A stretch of DNA of 64,000 bases from Dehalococcoidia bacterium. Its GTDB lineage: Bacteria > Chloroflexota > Dehalococcoidia > Plut-88900. Both the position numbers and the translations under genes were made by a program. The notes beneath the pieces were generated by a model. The model saw only the letters and a list, made by a program, of their open reading frames with translations, made no database searches and had not been told where the DNA came from. This document shows, one piece after another, positions 19,242-28,975 of this stretch; position 1 is the first letter of the stretch, and each line of letters opens with the position of its first letter. The stretch spans positions 2,144,001 to 2,208,000 of the forward strand of contig OZ240215.1 of NCBI GenBank assembly GCA_965197585.1. Reading direction: 5' to 3'.

Positions 19242-20864
19242 CTACAACCCCAGAATGTTTCCCTTTTCATCAACGTCAAGGGCGCGGGGGGAGGCCGGTA
19301 GACCGGGCATCGTGACCATGGTCCCGGCCAGCGGATATATGAATCCCGCCCCCGCCGACGCCCTAACGTCAGATATCTCAAACGTGTACCCGGAGGGCCG
19401 ACCCTTGAGTCTAGCATTGTGGGAGATCGAAAGGTTCGTCTTCGCCATGCACACCGGCCATTTACCCCAGCCCATGTCCTGGTAGGTCTTTAGCCTTCTG
19501 CGGGCGGCCGGGGCCCATGCCACGTCATCGGCGTTGTATACCTTTTGGGCCAGGGCCAATACCTTCTCTTCGGTAGAAGCGTCCTCGGGGTACAGGTACG
19601 AAATCTCCGGTTTGTCACCCGCGCTCGCATCCATGACGGCTCGGGCCAGCTCCAAGCATCCATCTCCGCCCTCGGTGAAGCCCCGGCTCTCGGCAGACCG
19701 AACGCCGTCAAGGCCCGCAACTGCGTTGCGCACGGTGGCTATCTCTTCATCGGTGTCGGCTGGGAAGCGGTTGACGGCAACCACCACCGGCAGATTGAAG
19801 CTGCGTATCATCCCGATAAGGTGAAGCAGATTGGGCATACCGTCGACAACCGCCTTCGGATTGCCCTCGTCTAGCTTGGCCAGGGGGATACCGGCGTGCG
19901 ACTTAAGTGCCTTGACCGACACCACGATCACCGCCGCATGGGGCTCGACGTCGTTGAACCGGGCCTTGATGTGCATGAACTTCTCGAAGCCCAGGTCGGC
20001 CCCGAACCCCGCCTCCGTGACTACGTAGTCCGCCAGCGCAAGGCCCATCCTGTCCGCAATCACCGAGCTGCACCCGTGGGCGATGTTGCCGAAAGGTCCG
20101 GCGTGGACCATCACGGGCTGACCCTCGGCTGTCTGCACGAGGTTGGGCTGTATCGCATAGCGAAGCAGTGACATCATGGACCCGACCGCACCCACGTCAT
20201 CCGCGGTAACCGGCTTCCCGGCCCGCGTGAACCCGACCACTATTCGGGAAACACGATCCCTCAGGTCCTCCAACCCCGAGGCCAGGGCCAGTATGGCCAT
20301 CACCTCTGAGGCGGTCACGATATCGAACCCGGTCTCCCGCACCGGAGCATTGGCCGCTCCACCGATGCCCGTCATTATGGAGCGTAGTGCTCGGTCCTCG
20401 ACGTCCGTGACCCTTCGCCACGTGATGTCCTCAGGCCCGAAGCCCTCGATCTGGCCCCGCTGCACGACGTTGTCCGTGAGGGCGGCCAGCAGGTTGTGCG
20501 CCGAGCCCACGGCGTGGGCATCTCCGGTGAAGTGGATGTTGATCTCGTCATCTGGCATGACTGTAGTCTTGCCGCCGCCCGTGCCGCCGCCCTTGATCCC
20601 GAATATCGGGCCCAGAGACGGCTCCCTCAGGTTGGCGATCACCTTTTCACCCAGCTTTCCCAGGCCTTGGGTCAGACCCACGGTGACCGTGGTCTTTCCC
20701 TCACCTGCTCGAGTCGGGGTGATCCCCGTGACCACTATCATCTTGCCCCTGGACCCCGACGTATCGACGGATTCCAGGGGAATTTTCGCCTTGTAGTGGC
20801 CGTAGGGCACTATCGATTTTTCATCGAGGCCAATGTTGGCCGCGATCTCTTGAATGGGCCGCAT
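19242..20864 (-). CDS. fhs: Formate--tetrahydrofolate ligase
   Basis: 'ITPTRAGEGKTT', 'LREPSLGPIFGIKGG', 'HFTGD.HA', 'HAGPFGNIAHG', 'VTEAGFGADLG.EKF', 'TMPGLP'. Confidence 0.97.
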   Translation of the reverse strand: MRPIQEIAANIGLDEKSIVPYGHYKAKIPLESVDTSGSRGKMIVVTGITPTRAGEGKTTVTVGLTQGLGKLGEKVIANLREPSLGPIFGIKGGGTGGGKTTVMPDDEINIHFTGDAHAVGSAHNLLAALTDNVVQRGQIEGFGPEDITWRRVTDVEDRALRSIMTGIGGAANAPVRETGFDIVTASEVMAILALASGLEDLRDRVSRIVVGFTRAGKPVTADDVGAVGSMMSLLRYAIQPNLVQTAEGQPVMVHAGPFGNIAHGCSSVIADRMGLALADYVVTEAGFGADLGFEKFMHIKARFNDVEPHAAVIVVSVKALKSHAGIPLAKLDEGNPKAVVDGMPNLLHLIGMIRSFNLPVVVAVNRFPADTDEEIATVRNAVAGLDGVRSAESRGFTEGGDGCLELARAVMDASAGDKPEISYLYPEDASTEEKVLALAQKVYNADDVAWAPAARRRLKTYQDMGWGKWPVCMAKTNLSISHNARLKGRPSGYTFEISDVRASAGAGFIYPLAGTMVTMPGLPASPRALDVDEKGNILGL

Positions 20865-20880
20865 TCCTACTTACCTCTGC

Positions 20881-22059
20881 CTACTCCCCGCGTCTGGAGA
20901 CGATTGGGAGCTTGACGTAGGGCTGGTTTTTGGAGCCGTCGATTGGCCGACGCTCCAGGAACGCGGTCCTGCGTTCCATGCACTCTTCGGAGGCCATGTA
21001 GTCGGGTATGTGCCTCTGCACGGGCCCGACATCCGGCAGGATGTGATCGTTGTATTCCAGGAAGGAGATCTTCTGCATCTGCAGGATTACCGGGCTGACG
21101 TTCTTGATCAACTTAATCCACCGGTCAACCTCGGCCCACAGTCCGTCTGGCTCGACCACCTTGTTCACCAGCCCCATGTCGAAGGCTTCCTGGGCCGTGT
21201 ACTGCTGGCAGACCATCCAGATCTCCCGGCCCCTCTTCTGCCCGACCCGCGCGGCCAACTCGGCAACGGAGTGGCCCGCAGCCGGACTCCCGACCCGGGG
21301 CCCGGTCTGCCCGAACCGAGACCGCGTCGTGGCAATTGTGAAGTCCGACTGGTAGGCCAGGATGTTCCCCGACCCTATCGCATAGCCATCCACCGCAGCT
21401 ATGACCGGCATTGGCATCTGCGGCACGACGCTGTGCAGGTCGACTTTGGCCGTCCCGGAGTACATTGCGCTCTCCACGTCGGGGTCGTAGGACTGGTCGT
21501 TGCCGGTGCAGAAGCCATTGGGTCCTGCGCCGGAAATGACCACCACTCGGATCGAGCTGTCGTCGGCAGCGTCAAGCAGAGCTGTGGCAATCTCATCCAT
21601 GGTTATGCCCCGTTTGGCGTTGTAGGTATCGGGGCGGTTTATCAACAGCCAGGCGACGCCGTCATCCTTGTGGTATACGATGTCGTTGTAGGCGTCGGAG
21701 TTGATGATGGGGTCCCTGTAGTTGGTAAACTTCTGGTCGATCATGTCGACGGCCCCGGAGGCAACCTGTAGCAGCTCACCGGCAGAGTAGTCGCCCTGGG
21801 CAGGACCCGTAATGGCGTCGGCGCCCATCTCTGCGTTGACGCCGCCGCGGCCGTTCAACCAACGGGTGTAGCCTCGCATGAAGTCATGGACTGCAGGACA
21901 GGTCTTGTGGCTGAAATCGATCCTGTTCCCCGACGCAAGATCGTCCACAGTCACGGAAAATTCTGCGTTTCGGCTACTGGTGGACTTTAGGCTCAGGTTG
22001 AACCTTACGCCAGCCGGCTGATAGTCGTTGCTGGCCTCGAAATTGATATTAGCGGACAT
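20881..22059 (-). CDS. Crotonase-family enzyme (MenB/BadI-like) with ~120-aa N-terminal extension
   Basis: 'INRPDTYNA', 'FCTGNDQ', 'PVIAAVDGYAIGSGN', 'FGQTGPRVGS', 'VGQKRGREIW', 'MGLVNKVV'. Confidence 0.85.
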   Translation of the reverse strand: MSANINFEASNDYQPAGVRFNLSLKSTSSRNAEFSVTVDDLASGNRIDFSHKTCPAVHDFMRGYTRWLNGRGGVNAEMGADAITGPAQGDYSAGELLQVASGAVDMIDQKFTNYRDPIINSDAYNDIVYHKDDGVAWLLINRPDTYNAKRGITMDEIATALLDAADDSSIRVVVISGAGPNGFCTGNDQSYDPDVESAMYSGTAKVDLHSVVPQMPMPVIAAVDGYAIGSGNILAYQSDFTIATTRSRFGQTGPRVGSPAAGHSVAELAARVGQKRGREIWMVCQQYTAQEAFDMGLVNKVVEPDGLWAEVDRWIKLIKNVSPVILQMQKISFLEYNDHILPDVGPVQRHIPDYMASEECMERRTAFLERRPIDGSKNQPYVKLPIVSRRGE

Positions 22060-22241
22060 ATAGGGCCACCTCCATAAGTTTGACTAGGATTCAGGTGAAA
22101 TCTTCGTGATTTCCTTGCCCGCGATGATACCACACGCACCCTCCGCTACACCCGTCAAGCGGCCTGAGCAGGGCACTCTAATGATGCGACTCCTGCATCC
22201 TCCGGCCGGAGAGGAAGGAGCCCTATTCCCTCTCCCTAGAT

Positions 22242-22471
22242 GAGACTTTTGCATAACCTGTGTTGGCGGGGCGTGGGGCCGCTCGTGCTGAGGCTCTCGA
22301 AGTATGAGCCGGGGGGTGTCCTGTCCCCTCTCCCTTGATGAGACCTTTGCATAACCTGTGCTGGAGGGGCAGGGGCCGCTCGTGCTGAGGCTCTCGAAGT
22401 ATGAGCGGGGGGGGGGAGTTAGGCGATCCGGCTACTATTACAGGTGCAATCCGCAGTTACGCAAAAGTCTC
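22242..22471. mobile_element. MITE (22340-22471) with IS5-like TIRs, preceded by a tandem duplicate of its left part
   Basis: Left ends GAGACYTTTGCATAAC at 22242 and 22340; right end GTTACGCAAAAGTCTC 22456-22471; TTGAT direct repeat at 22335-22339 and 22472-22476. Confidence 0.75.
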
Positions 22472-22525
22472 TTGATGGGAGAGGGTAGGGTGAGGACGAT
22501 TCGCACCTGCTGCTGGGTGCCCCGC

Positions 22526-23662
22526 TCACCCCACCCCCACCCCCATCAACCGCGCCGCCGTCCCCCCGAGAATATCCGCCCGCTGTTCGTCAGTCAAAAA
22601 GTCGCAGTGGCGGCGAAACTGGTCCAGGCACTGGGTGTAGGTGCAGAACCGACCCACCATCGGCATGTCCGTGCCCCATATCAGCCGGTCCGACCCAATG
22701 CGTTCCACGCATTCCTGCAACGCCGTCTCCGCCTCCTTCCACGGGTACTCCCACCTCCGCCCGACCTGTATCACAATCACTATCTGCATATAGCAATTCC
22801 GCGACTGGAACGGCTCCCATATCTCCTCCGGGAATACTATCTTTTCCCCTTCCATGAACGGCATCCAGGGGAAACCGTGCGTAATCATCGTCGTCAGATG
22901 CGGATAACGCTCCATCCAGCGAATCATGATTCGCTGCTGTTCTATATAGGCGTCGGTCCAGGAAGCCTGGTAAGTGCCCCCCGCAGTGCCCCCGATTAAC
23001 GTGAAATAGACCGGCACGTTGCGCTCGGCCAGGGCATCCCAGAAGGGCCGCATGGGGCCGTCGTCCCAAGGCTCATCATGGCCAACCTCTACTCCCCCGG
23101 CAGGGGCGTAGTAGTAGCCGGGGATGAACTGGTACCCGACAACCCCTCCCGCCGCCAGCTCCCTGTCCAGGGCCTTGATCGCGGCGTCCGGGTCGTTGGG
23201 TATGGAGGCTTCTCTCAAGTAGACAGTCCGGCGAAACCGGTCCGGGAACCGGGTGGTCGCATCCCGCAGGTACGCGTTGAGGTGCGTCGGGTGGCCCATC
23301 GTCGGATACGTGTGCAGAACCCCCATGTCTATGCCCGCGTAGTCCATCTCAGCCAGCATCACCTCGGGAGTGCACTCGAGGTTGTGCAGCATGGGCGGCG
23401 TGTGCTGCTTGGCGTAAACTTCGCCCTCGTATTCCCAGGCGATGTTGCCGTTATGCCGGGTCCAGCGAATGTCTCTCAACTCGCCCGTCTCCGGGTCAAC
23501 AAGCACCGAGTTATCAAAAACCTTTCTATCCCTCACCCGCCACACTGGCTGATAGTGCCCCCCGTACTCCGACTGCAGCATCCGCATCTTCTCGTCCAGG
23601 GTGTCATAGCCCTGAGGAAGGTCCATTTGGGGGAAACAATAGTTGTGCCCGTCTATGATCAT
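22526..23662 (-). CDS. Amidohydrolase 2 family protein (atypical 'DGHNY' N-terminus)
   Basis: 'EMDYAGIDMGVL', 'PFWDAL', 'ITHG', 'RLIWGTDMP', 'ILGGTAARL'. Confidence 0.85.
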   Translation of the reverse strand: MIIDGHNYCFPQMDLPQGYDTLDEKMRMLQSEYGGHYQPVWRVRDRKVFDNSVLVDPETGELRDIRWTRHNGNIAWEYEGEVYAKQHTPPMLHNLECTPEVMLAEMDYAGIDMGVLHTYPTMGHPTHLNAYLRDATTRFPDRFRRTVYLREASIPNDPDAAIKALDRELAAGGVVGYQFIPGYYYAPAGGVEVGHDEPWDDGPMRPFWDALAERNVPVYFTLIGGTAGGTYQASWTDAYIEQQRIMIRWMERYPHLTTMITHGFPWMPFMEGEKIVFPEEIWEPFQSRNCYMQIVIVIQVGRRWEYPWKEAETALQECVERIGSDRLIWGTDMPMVGRFCTYTQCLDQFRRHCDFLTDEQRADILGGTAARLMGVGVG

Positions 23663-23729
23663 TGGTTTATCCCCTTTTTCAACGTATTCGAACGGGAGCC
23701 GTGTACTGCCAAAAATGGAGGGAGGGGAT

Positions 23730-24797
23730 TTAAGCCGGCACTCCCAGCAGCTTGTCCCCGATCCCCAGCCGGTCTATGGTAGCCCGCACCCGAGCCCAGG
23801 TCGCGTCCTCTACCTCGATGCCGTTTGCCTCTCGATCTCGACGCATCCGCGCCTCTTTCTCGCCCGGGTAGAGAATCTCATCGAACCCCGACATCAATGG
23901 CGTGTCCTTCACGTAATCGATAGTCCAGTCCACATTTTCAGCCAACCCGGACGGCGACCTCATTTTGCTTATGTCAATCACAATAATCGTCGAGTCCCCT
24001 ACCGACTGCCCAGACCCTTCAAAGGATATCGGCGAGTCCTGTCCCAGCGTCCTGCCCAGCAGGAACACGAACATACTCAGGGCAAATCCCTTGTGCCCCG
24101 TGCTCAGCCCGCCCAGCGGGAGAATTGTGCCTCCGTCAAAATAGTCCTCCGGATTGTCTGAGGGCCGACCCTCCGAGTCCAGCAGCCATTCGCCCGGCAG
24201 CGATTTTGAGCGGGCCTGGTACACCCTTACCTTCCCCACCGCCGTCTCAGAGGTCGCGTAGTCCAACAGGATCGTCCGACCTTCACTGTGAGGAAACGCC
24301 ATCGAAAACGGGTTCGTCCCCAGGCGTCCCTTGGTCCCCCCGAACGGCGCCACCCCGAAGTCATTGTCCAGCTGGTTCCCACCGAACATGATAGCTGCCA
24401 TCCCCTCCTTCGCCGCCATCTCCGGGTACGTTCCAAAACGCCCCGAGTGAGCGATATTGCACATAGTCACCATCCCGATCCCATACTCTCTCGCCAGCCG
24501 TATCGCCGTCTCCGTGGCGAACTTCGCCCCAACCTGCCCGAATACCCCATGACCGTCTACCTTTGCTACCGCCTTCTCTTCATAGGCAATAGTTGGTCGA
24601 GCCTTGGGGTCAACCCGACCTTCTTCTATTCGCTGTACGTAGTCTGGGATGCGGAGCAGGCCGTGAGAGTCGTGACCGGTGAGGTTGGCGTCGGCCAGGT
24701 GAACGGCTACGGTCTCCGCGGCATCATCCGTGGCCCCTACCGCGAGGAGTATCTCGTAGACTACGTCCCTTAGTTGCTGACCTGTGAGTATTGGCAT
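23730..24797 (-). CDS. Ldh_2 family (type 2 malate/L-lactate dehydrogenase-like) oxidoreductase
   Basis: 'ANLTGHDSHG', 'VDGHGVFGQV', 'HSGR.G.Y', 'PFGG...LGTNP', 'LDYATS', 'HKGFAL', 'ILYPGE'. Confidence 0.92.
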   Translation of the reverse strand: MPILTGQQLRDVVYEILLAVGATDDAAETVAVHLADANLTGHDSHGLLRIPDYVQRIEEGRVDPKARPTIAYEEKAVAKVDGHGVFGQVGAKFATETAIRLAREYGIGMVTMCNIAHSGRFGTYPEMAAKEGMAAIMFGGNQLDNDFGVAPFGGTKGRLGTNPFSMAFPHSEGRTILLDYATSETAVGKVRVYQARSKSLPGEWLLDSEGRPSDNPEDYFDGGTILPLGGLSTGHKGFALSMFVFLLGRTLGQDSPISFEGSGQSVGDSTIIVIDISKMRSPSGLAENVDWTIDYVKDTPLMSGFDEILYPGEKEARMRRDREANGIEVEDATWARVRATIDRLGIGDKLLGVPA

Positions 24798-24949
24798 CGG
24801 TTGCGCTCCCGTTTTCTCGGGTCCAGATGGCCGGTATTGTACACGCCCGCCCCCTGCCGACGAAAATTAAGTAGAATGCCGTTGGCATTTACCGTCACCC
24901 GGATTCCTTACAATCGAAGTCGTCAAGACACTACGTCAGGAGGCACCAA

Positions 24950-25558
24950 GTGACTACCGAGGAAAAGCTAACCATGTCTTTGGGAGAGGCGATGTTCTCC
25001 CAGAGGGCCATAAGACGCTTCAAACCCGACCCCATCCCCGATGAAGACCTACACGCTGCCCTTGAAGCCGCCACCAAGGCCCCGAGTGGTTCCAACCTTC
25101 AGCCCTGGCGCTTCATCGTGATCCGGGACCCCGAGTTGAAAGAGAAGTTCGGAAAGCTCTACCACGAGGCCTGGTGGGCCAAACGCCGGGACCAGGGCAT
25201 CTTTCCCAAGGACATTCCGCCGGGCAAGGGCACCATTCAGTCGGCCAAGCAATTGGCCGACGAGATAGGCCAAGCCCCCGTCATTGTTCTCGTCTGCGCT
25301 ACCTCCCAGGACCCCGCTTCCATGGCCTCAGTCATACCCGCCGCGCAGAACCTGCTCCTCGCCGCCCGGGGCCAGGGTATCGGAGGTGTCCTGACGACCC
25401 TCCACCCGGATGTCGACGAGCGTGTCCAACAGTTGCTCAACATGCCCGCCGAGGCCCAGGTGGTCTACTGCGTCCCCCTCGGCTACCCAAGAGGCCGCTT
25501 CGGCCCGACCCAACGCAAACCCCTCTCCGAAGTCGTCGCCTACGACGGCTGGAACTAG
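24950..25558 (+). CDS. Nitroreductase family protein
   Basis: 'QRAIRRFKPDPIP', 'APSGSNLQPWRFIVI', 'QNLLLAAR', 'PLGYP'; AGGAGG RBS. Confidence 0.92.
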   Translation: MTTEEKLTMSLGEAMFSQRAIRRFKPDPIPDEDLHAALEAATKAPSGSNLQPWRFIVIRDPELKEKFGKLYHEAWWAKRRDQGIFPKDIPPGKGTIQSAKQLADEIGQAPVIVLVCATSQDPASMASVIPAAQNLLLAARGQGIGGVLTTLHPDVDERVQQLLNMPAEAQVVYCVPLGYPRGRFGPTQRKPLSEVVAYDGWN

Positions 25559-25701
25559 CCCCTCCCCATCCCCAACCCCCCATGTCATCCCGAGGCTCCG
25601 CGAGGGATCTGGGGTGGGGTCCCATCCCCTCTCCTTTGACGGGTCGTAGATGCGCCATGGCGTGAGAGAGCTAGGATGAGGGTGATCCCTTCTCCCCCAC
25701 T

Positions 25702-25865
25702 GAGACCTTTGCATAACCGTCATTTCCGCGTAGGCATGCTCCCGAACTACAACCTTCCCATTCCTAGGGGCAGGGTATTCCGTTCGCCCTGAGCGGAGTC
25801 GAAGGGTTAACCGAACGGAATGGGAGGGGGTCCCGGCCCCCATGCCTGAGTTACGCAAATGTCCC
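25702..25865. mobile_element. Second MITE with the same TIR family
   Basis: GAGACCTTTGCATAAC at 25702 and GTTACGCAAATGTCCC at 25850-25865; interior unrelated except for a REP-like unit. Confidence 0.65.
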
Positions 25866-25981
25866 TCGACGTGAGAGGGCTAGGACCGTAGGCTCGCTGG
25901 GGAGAGTCGAAGACTCGCTGAGGAGAGTGAGGGTGATCCTCTAAAGCACGAGGGGCACAACTATGACGCCGTACAAATCCC

Positions 25982-26902
25982 TTAGTGCGAAGGGGCGGGG
26001 CTGGCTGCCCCCATCCCCTCATCCGCCGCAACAGCGCCCTTGAGCGCAGCAATCGCTACCTCTATCTGGCTGTCGTCGGGGCGTCGAGTGGTCAGCATCT
26101 GGAGCAGCAACCCCGGACCTAGCAGCACCTTCAGAAACCGGTTCGCCGAGTATCGACCATGAATCCGCAAGACTTCGTAGGAGATACCCGCAATTACCGG
26201 CAAAAGCGCTATCCGGGACACGATCCTTATCCACAACGGCGGATGCCCCAGGGCCAGGAACACGAGAATCGCGATCAGCACCACCAGAAGAAGGAACGCC
26301 GTACCGCATCTCGGATGCAGGGTGGTGTACTTCCGCACGTTGTCGACGCTCAGCTCCTCGTCATGTTCCATGGCGTGGATCGACATGTGCTCAGCGCCGT
26401 GGTAGGCGAATACCCGCTGGATATCCTTCATCCTGCCAATCAGGAGGATGTATCCGAGAAACAGGCCCAGCCGCACCCCGCCTTCTATCACATTTAGCAG
26501 AGCCGCCGAGCTTATTCGGTCGTCAAGCCACTCGTTGAGAAAGACCGGCCCGACAAAGAACACAGCGATCCCAAAAGCGAGGCCTACTGCCAGGGTGATC
26601 CACAGCATCACGTCGGTCCCCGTGCCTCTCTCCTCCCCCTCTCCACCTTCCAGCTCATCGATAGCGACCTGGGCCGAGTACATCAGGGCCCGGGTCCCGA
26701 TGACCATTACCTCTAAGAGTGTAATGAATCCCCGAACCAATGGGACCTTCTTCAGCGTGCCCGTAAAGAGGCTTTGTATCGGGTCGGTCTTGAGCTGAAT
26801 CTCGTTGTCCGGGCGGCGCACCGCTATGGCGATGTTGCTCTTGCCCCGGATCATTACCCCTTCAATGACGGCCTGACCGCCGTAGGGGACCCGTTTTGCC
26901 AA
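25982..26902 (-). CDS. DUF1385 (YqhQ-like) membrane protein
   Basis: 'YGGQAVIEGVMIRG', 'VFAYHGAEH', 'HPRCGTAF', 'LQMLTTRRPDDSQIEVAI'; usual neighbour of rpmE. Confidence 0.92.
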   Translation of the reverse strand: MAKRVPYGGQAVIEGVMIRGKSNIAIAVRRPDNEIQLKTDPIQSLFTGTLKKVPLVRGFITLLEVMVIGTRALMYSAQVAIDELEGGEGEERGTGTDVMLWITLAVGLAFGIAVFFVGPVFLNEWLDDRISSAALLNVIEGGVRLGLFLGYILLIGRMKDIQRVFAYHGAEHMSIHAMEHDEELSVDNVRKYTTLHPRCGTAFLLLVVLIAILVFLALGHPPLWIRIVSRIALLPVIAGISYEVLRIHGRYSANRFLKVLLGPGLLLQMLTTRRPDDSQIEVAIAALKGAVAADEGMGAASPAPSH

Positions 26903-26916
26903 CTCTTCTCCTTAAA

Positions 26917-26944
26917 TCAAAAGAGGGAGCACATAAGCTCCCTC
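26917..26944 (-). terminator. Intrinsic terminator after rpmE
   Basis: GAGGGAGC-TTATGT-GCTCCCTC followed by TTTTGATT on the minus strand. Confidence 0.7.
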
Positions 26945-26966
26945 AAGTGGTCGGACAGGACTAAGG

Positions 26967-27170
26967 TTACTTGATCCCGTACCTTCTATTGAACTGCTCG
27001 ACCCTGCCGCCGCTGTCTATAATCCGCTGCTGGCCGGTGAAGAAGGGGTGGCACTTGCTGCAAAGCTCCAGCCTGATCTCCGACTTGGTGGATCCGGTCT
27101 CGAAGACAGTGCCGCAGCTTCCGCAGGTCACGGTGCAGAGTTGGTACGTCGGGTGTAACTCAGTTTTCAT
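26967..27170 (-). CDS. rpmE: 50S ribosomal protein L31 (Zn-ribbon type)
   Basis: 'MKTELHPTY..CTVTCGSCG..FETGST...LCSKCHPFFTG.QR.IDSGGRVEQF'. Confidence 0.98.
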   Translation of the reverse strand: MKTELHPTYQLCTVTCGSCGTVFETGSTKSEIRLELCSKCHPFFTGQQRIIDSGGRVEQFNRRYGIK

Positions 27171-27172
27171 TG

Positions 27173-27436
27173 TTAAGCATCCTGGACCGGGTTGATGCTG
27201 ACTTTCTTCCGATACTTGGAATGCCGCTGAAACTCGACCTTGCCGTCTTTAAGGGCGAACAGGGTGTGGTCTCTCCCGACACCCACGTTGGTCCCGGGAT
27301 GGATCTTCGTTCCCCGCTGCCTCACGATGATGGAGCCCGCAGTCACGAGCTCTCCGCCGTACCGCTTCACCCCGAGCCTCTGGCCCTGGCTGTCCCGGCC
27401 GTTTCTGCTGCTGCCGCCGCCCTTCTTATGAGCCAT
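27173..27436 (-). CDS. rpmA: 50S ribosomal protein L27
   Basis: '[32 protein letters not shown]'. Confidence 0.99.
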   Translation of the reverse strand: MAHKKGGGSSRNGRDSQGQRLGVKRYGGELVTAGSIIVRQRGTKIHPGTNVGVGRDHTLFALKDGKVEFQRHSKYRKKVSINPVQDA

Positions 27437-27819
27437 TACGCTTCACTTTCGACATTCGCAGGCTGCTTGGCAACCCTGGATCTCGGGGCTCGGCCTGCGT
27501 TTATTCTTTCTATAGCGACTTTGGTGTGGTCCTGGCGGTGTCCCGTCTTCCGGCGGTAACGCACCTTTGATTTGTACTTGAAGACGATGACCTTCTTGTC
27601 ACGGCCCTGCTCCAGCACCCGGGCCTTGACCTTGGCCCCGGACACCGTCGGCGCCCCGACTTTAACGGCGCCGCCTTTGGAGACGAGCAGCACTCGGTCG
27701 AATTCCACAGCGCTGCCCGGTTCAAGCGCCAGTTTGTCGAGCACGACAGTGTCGCCCACTGAGGCTCTGTATTGTCGGCTCCCCGACTGGAATATTGCGT
27801 AGTCTTTTATTTCATTCAC
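27436..27819 (-). CDS. rplU: 50S ribosomal protein L21
   Basis: '[11 protein letters not shown]', '[20 protein letters not shown]'. Confidence 0.97.
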   Translation of the reverse strand: MNEIKDYAIFQSGSRQYRASVGDTVVLDKLALEPGSAVEFDRVLLVSKGGAVKVGAPTVSGAKVKARVLEQGRDKKVIVFKYKSKVRYRRKTGHRQDHTKVAIERINAGRAPRSRVAKQPANVESEA

Positions 27820-27924
27820 AACCCTCGAATTCTACTTCAATGACTAATCGCCTGTCAAAGCGGGTGCTTTGCTATACTTTCCCCCGTCAAACATAAGGTA
27901 CGTCCATGCCGCGGAAAGACTCTA

Positions 27925-28878
27925 TTGCCCAACCTCAGCATTCCCTCCAAGTCCGCCCTTCTTAAGATAATCTTAGTCCTTCTGTTCCTGGCCATTGGGG
28001 GAACTGCCGGAACATTCAGTTATCTGGGATTCGTAGAACTGCAACAGCTCAATGAGTCCATCACTCAGGACCGAGACCGCCTGACCCTGCTAGAAAACGC
28101 CCCCACCCCCACCCCCCAGCCGACCGCAACCCCCCAACCCGCCCCCCAGCCCATCCCCACCCCGATAACTTTGCCGCCCACTGTCACCCCTATAAGCCTG
28201 CCCCCATCCCCCACTCCCGTACCCATGTGGAACGATCTGTACACGCAAATCAGGTGCTCCGTAGTGAAGGTGGAAACTACCGGAGGCAGCGGGACCGGTT
28301 GGGTTTATGAAGAGGGATGGCTGGTCACGGCAGCCCATGTCGTCAAGGGTTACAGGACTGTGACTGTTCACTATCAAGATTCGGAAGGTCAAGAGAAGTC
28401 CGCCATGGTAAACGTGCTGGGCAGAGACCGGCTCCATGATGTCGCAGCCATCGAGCTAAAGGACATAGACCTCCCGCCCATCCCTGGCCGGCGAGATGTG
28501 GAAGCCAAGGATGGCGGCGAGGCTGTTATGACTGTAGGCTACTCATCCGACCCACCGATAGGATGGCCGAGCACAAGGGTTGGCATCCTTACTACCGTCT
28601 CCGAATTACCTTGGTTCGAAAACCTTAAGGCCATCGAGACCGACGCCGCATTTGACCCGGGTGATTCAGGAGGTCCAATTCTGGATCTCAACGGCAACGT
28701 CATAGGCATAGCCCAGGCCACCGTCATAAGGTCAGGCTCACAACGGATACAGGGCAGACAACTCGCCGTGGGAATACGAGAGGTCGAAGCCGTATGGGAG
28801 CAACTCAAGCGTAATGAGCGCCTGAACCAGGGCTCCGACTACTGGATATACCGCCGCTTTGAAGGCCCCGACGAGTAG
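27925..28878 (+). CDS. Membrane-anchored trypsin-like (S1C) serine protease with Pro/Thr linker
   Basis: N-terminal TM, PT repeats, triad 'TAAHVV' / 'DVAAI' / 'PGDSGGP'. Confidence 0.88.
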   Translation: MPNLSIPSKSALLKIILVLLFLAIGGTAGTFSYLGFVELQQLNESITQDRDRLTLLENAPTPTPQPTATPQPAPQPIPTPITLPPTVTPISLPPSPTPVPMWNDLYTQIRCSVVKVETTGGSGTGWVYEEGWLVTAAHVVKGYRTVTVHYQDSEGQEKSAMVNVLGRDRLHDVAAIELKDIDLPPIPGRRDVEAKDGGEAVMTVGYSSDPPIGWPSTRVGILTTVSELPWFENLKAIETDAAFDPGDSGGPILDLNGNVIGIAQATVIRSGSQRIQGRQLAVGIREVEAVWEQLKRNERLNQGSDYWIYRRFEGPDE

Positions 28879-28975
28879 ATTGGCCTCCCTCCCGCGAAGT
28901 TCTGCGACATGGCTTAATCTCTCGTCCATATAGCCTGTAACCAAACCTACCTGTTCTCTCAAGGAGTACCCAATA

